A DNA stretch of 64,000 bases from Camelus dromedarius. Lineage: Eukaryota. The position numbers and the translations under genes are program-made. Positions 63,857 to 64,000 of the stretch are shown one piece after another. The stretch spans positions 77,564,001 to 77,628,000 of the forward strand of contig NC_087437.1 of the NCBI RefSeq assembly GCF_036321535.1, in the 5' to 3' direction. The notes under the pieces were generated by a model. The model saw only the letters and a program-made list of their open reading frames with translations. It was not told the DNA's origin and did not search any database. The stretch's first letter is position 1. Each line of letters begins with the position of its first letter.

Positions 63857-64000
63857 GAAATCTTGGGACTCTTATAACCATTGTCATTCACTTCTAACTC
63901 ATTTTTCTCAAGTGCTTTTTTTTTTCCATTTGTTGTGGTAATTTAGAAATAGAGGCAGTTTGTGGCTATGACACATAAATTATAGACGTATAACTAGGGA

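Noticed and set aside
63556..63891. 111-aa ORF across the mini-L1 junction
   Set aside because: Starts outside the TSD and reads through L1 UTR sequence; no evidence of coding function.

Overview
This 64-kb window is AT-rich mammalian genomic DNA lying entirely within the CBLB gene (Cbl-b E3 ubiquitin ligase, + strand). It contains 11 consecutive coding exons, equivalent to human exons 7-17 (numbering recalled from the human 19-exon model). All have GT-AG boundaries and compatible phases, and together they give 1727 coding nt with no stop. They encode the end of the TKB/SH2-like domain, the linker helix, the C3HC4 RING, the proline-rich region and the tyrosine-motif region; the start exons and UBA exons lie outside the window. 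Two tRNA-Ala(AGC)-derived SINEs of vic-1 type point to a camelid genome (inference). The introns hold L1, L2, MIR and hAT/MER remnants. No prokaryote-type system is present, and most ORFs in the supplied track are spurious. The most unusual objects are retroposition products. (1) A TSD-flanked 352-nt mini-L1 joins an L1 5' end carrying a YY1 site directly to an L1 3' end, exactly at a TACTAAC...AG splice acceptor; it is an apparent fully spliced, ORF-less L1. (2) A full-length U6/L1 chimera is nested inside a larger insertion bounded by a perfect 15-bp direct repeat. Also notable: a perfect 19-bp direct repeat bracketing exon 12, a perfect ChoRE-type double E-box, and signs that exons 16 and 17 are ancient duplicates. 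Repeat subfamily names and human comparisons are from memory of consensus sequences, not database searches.
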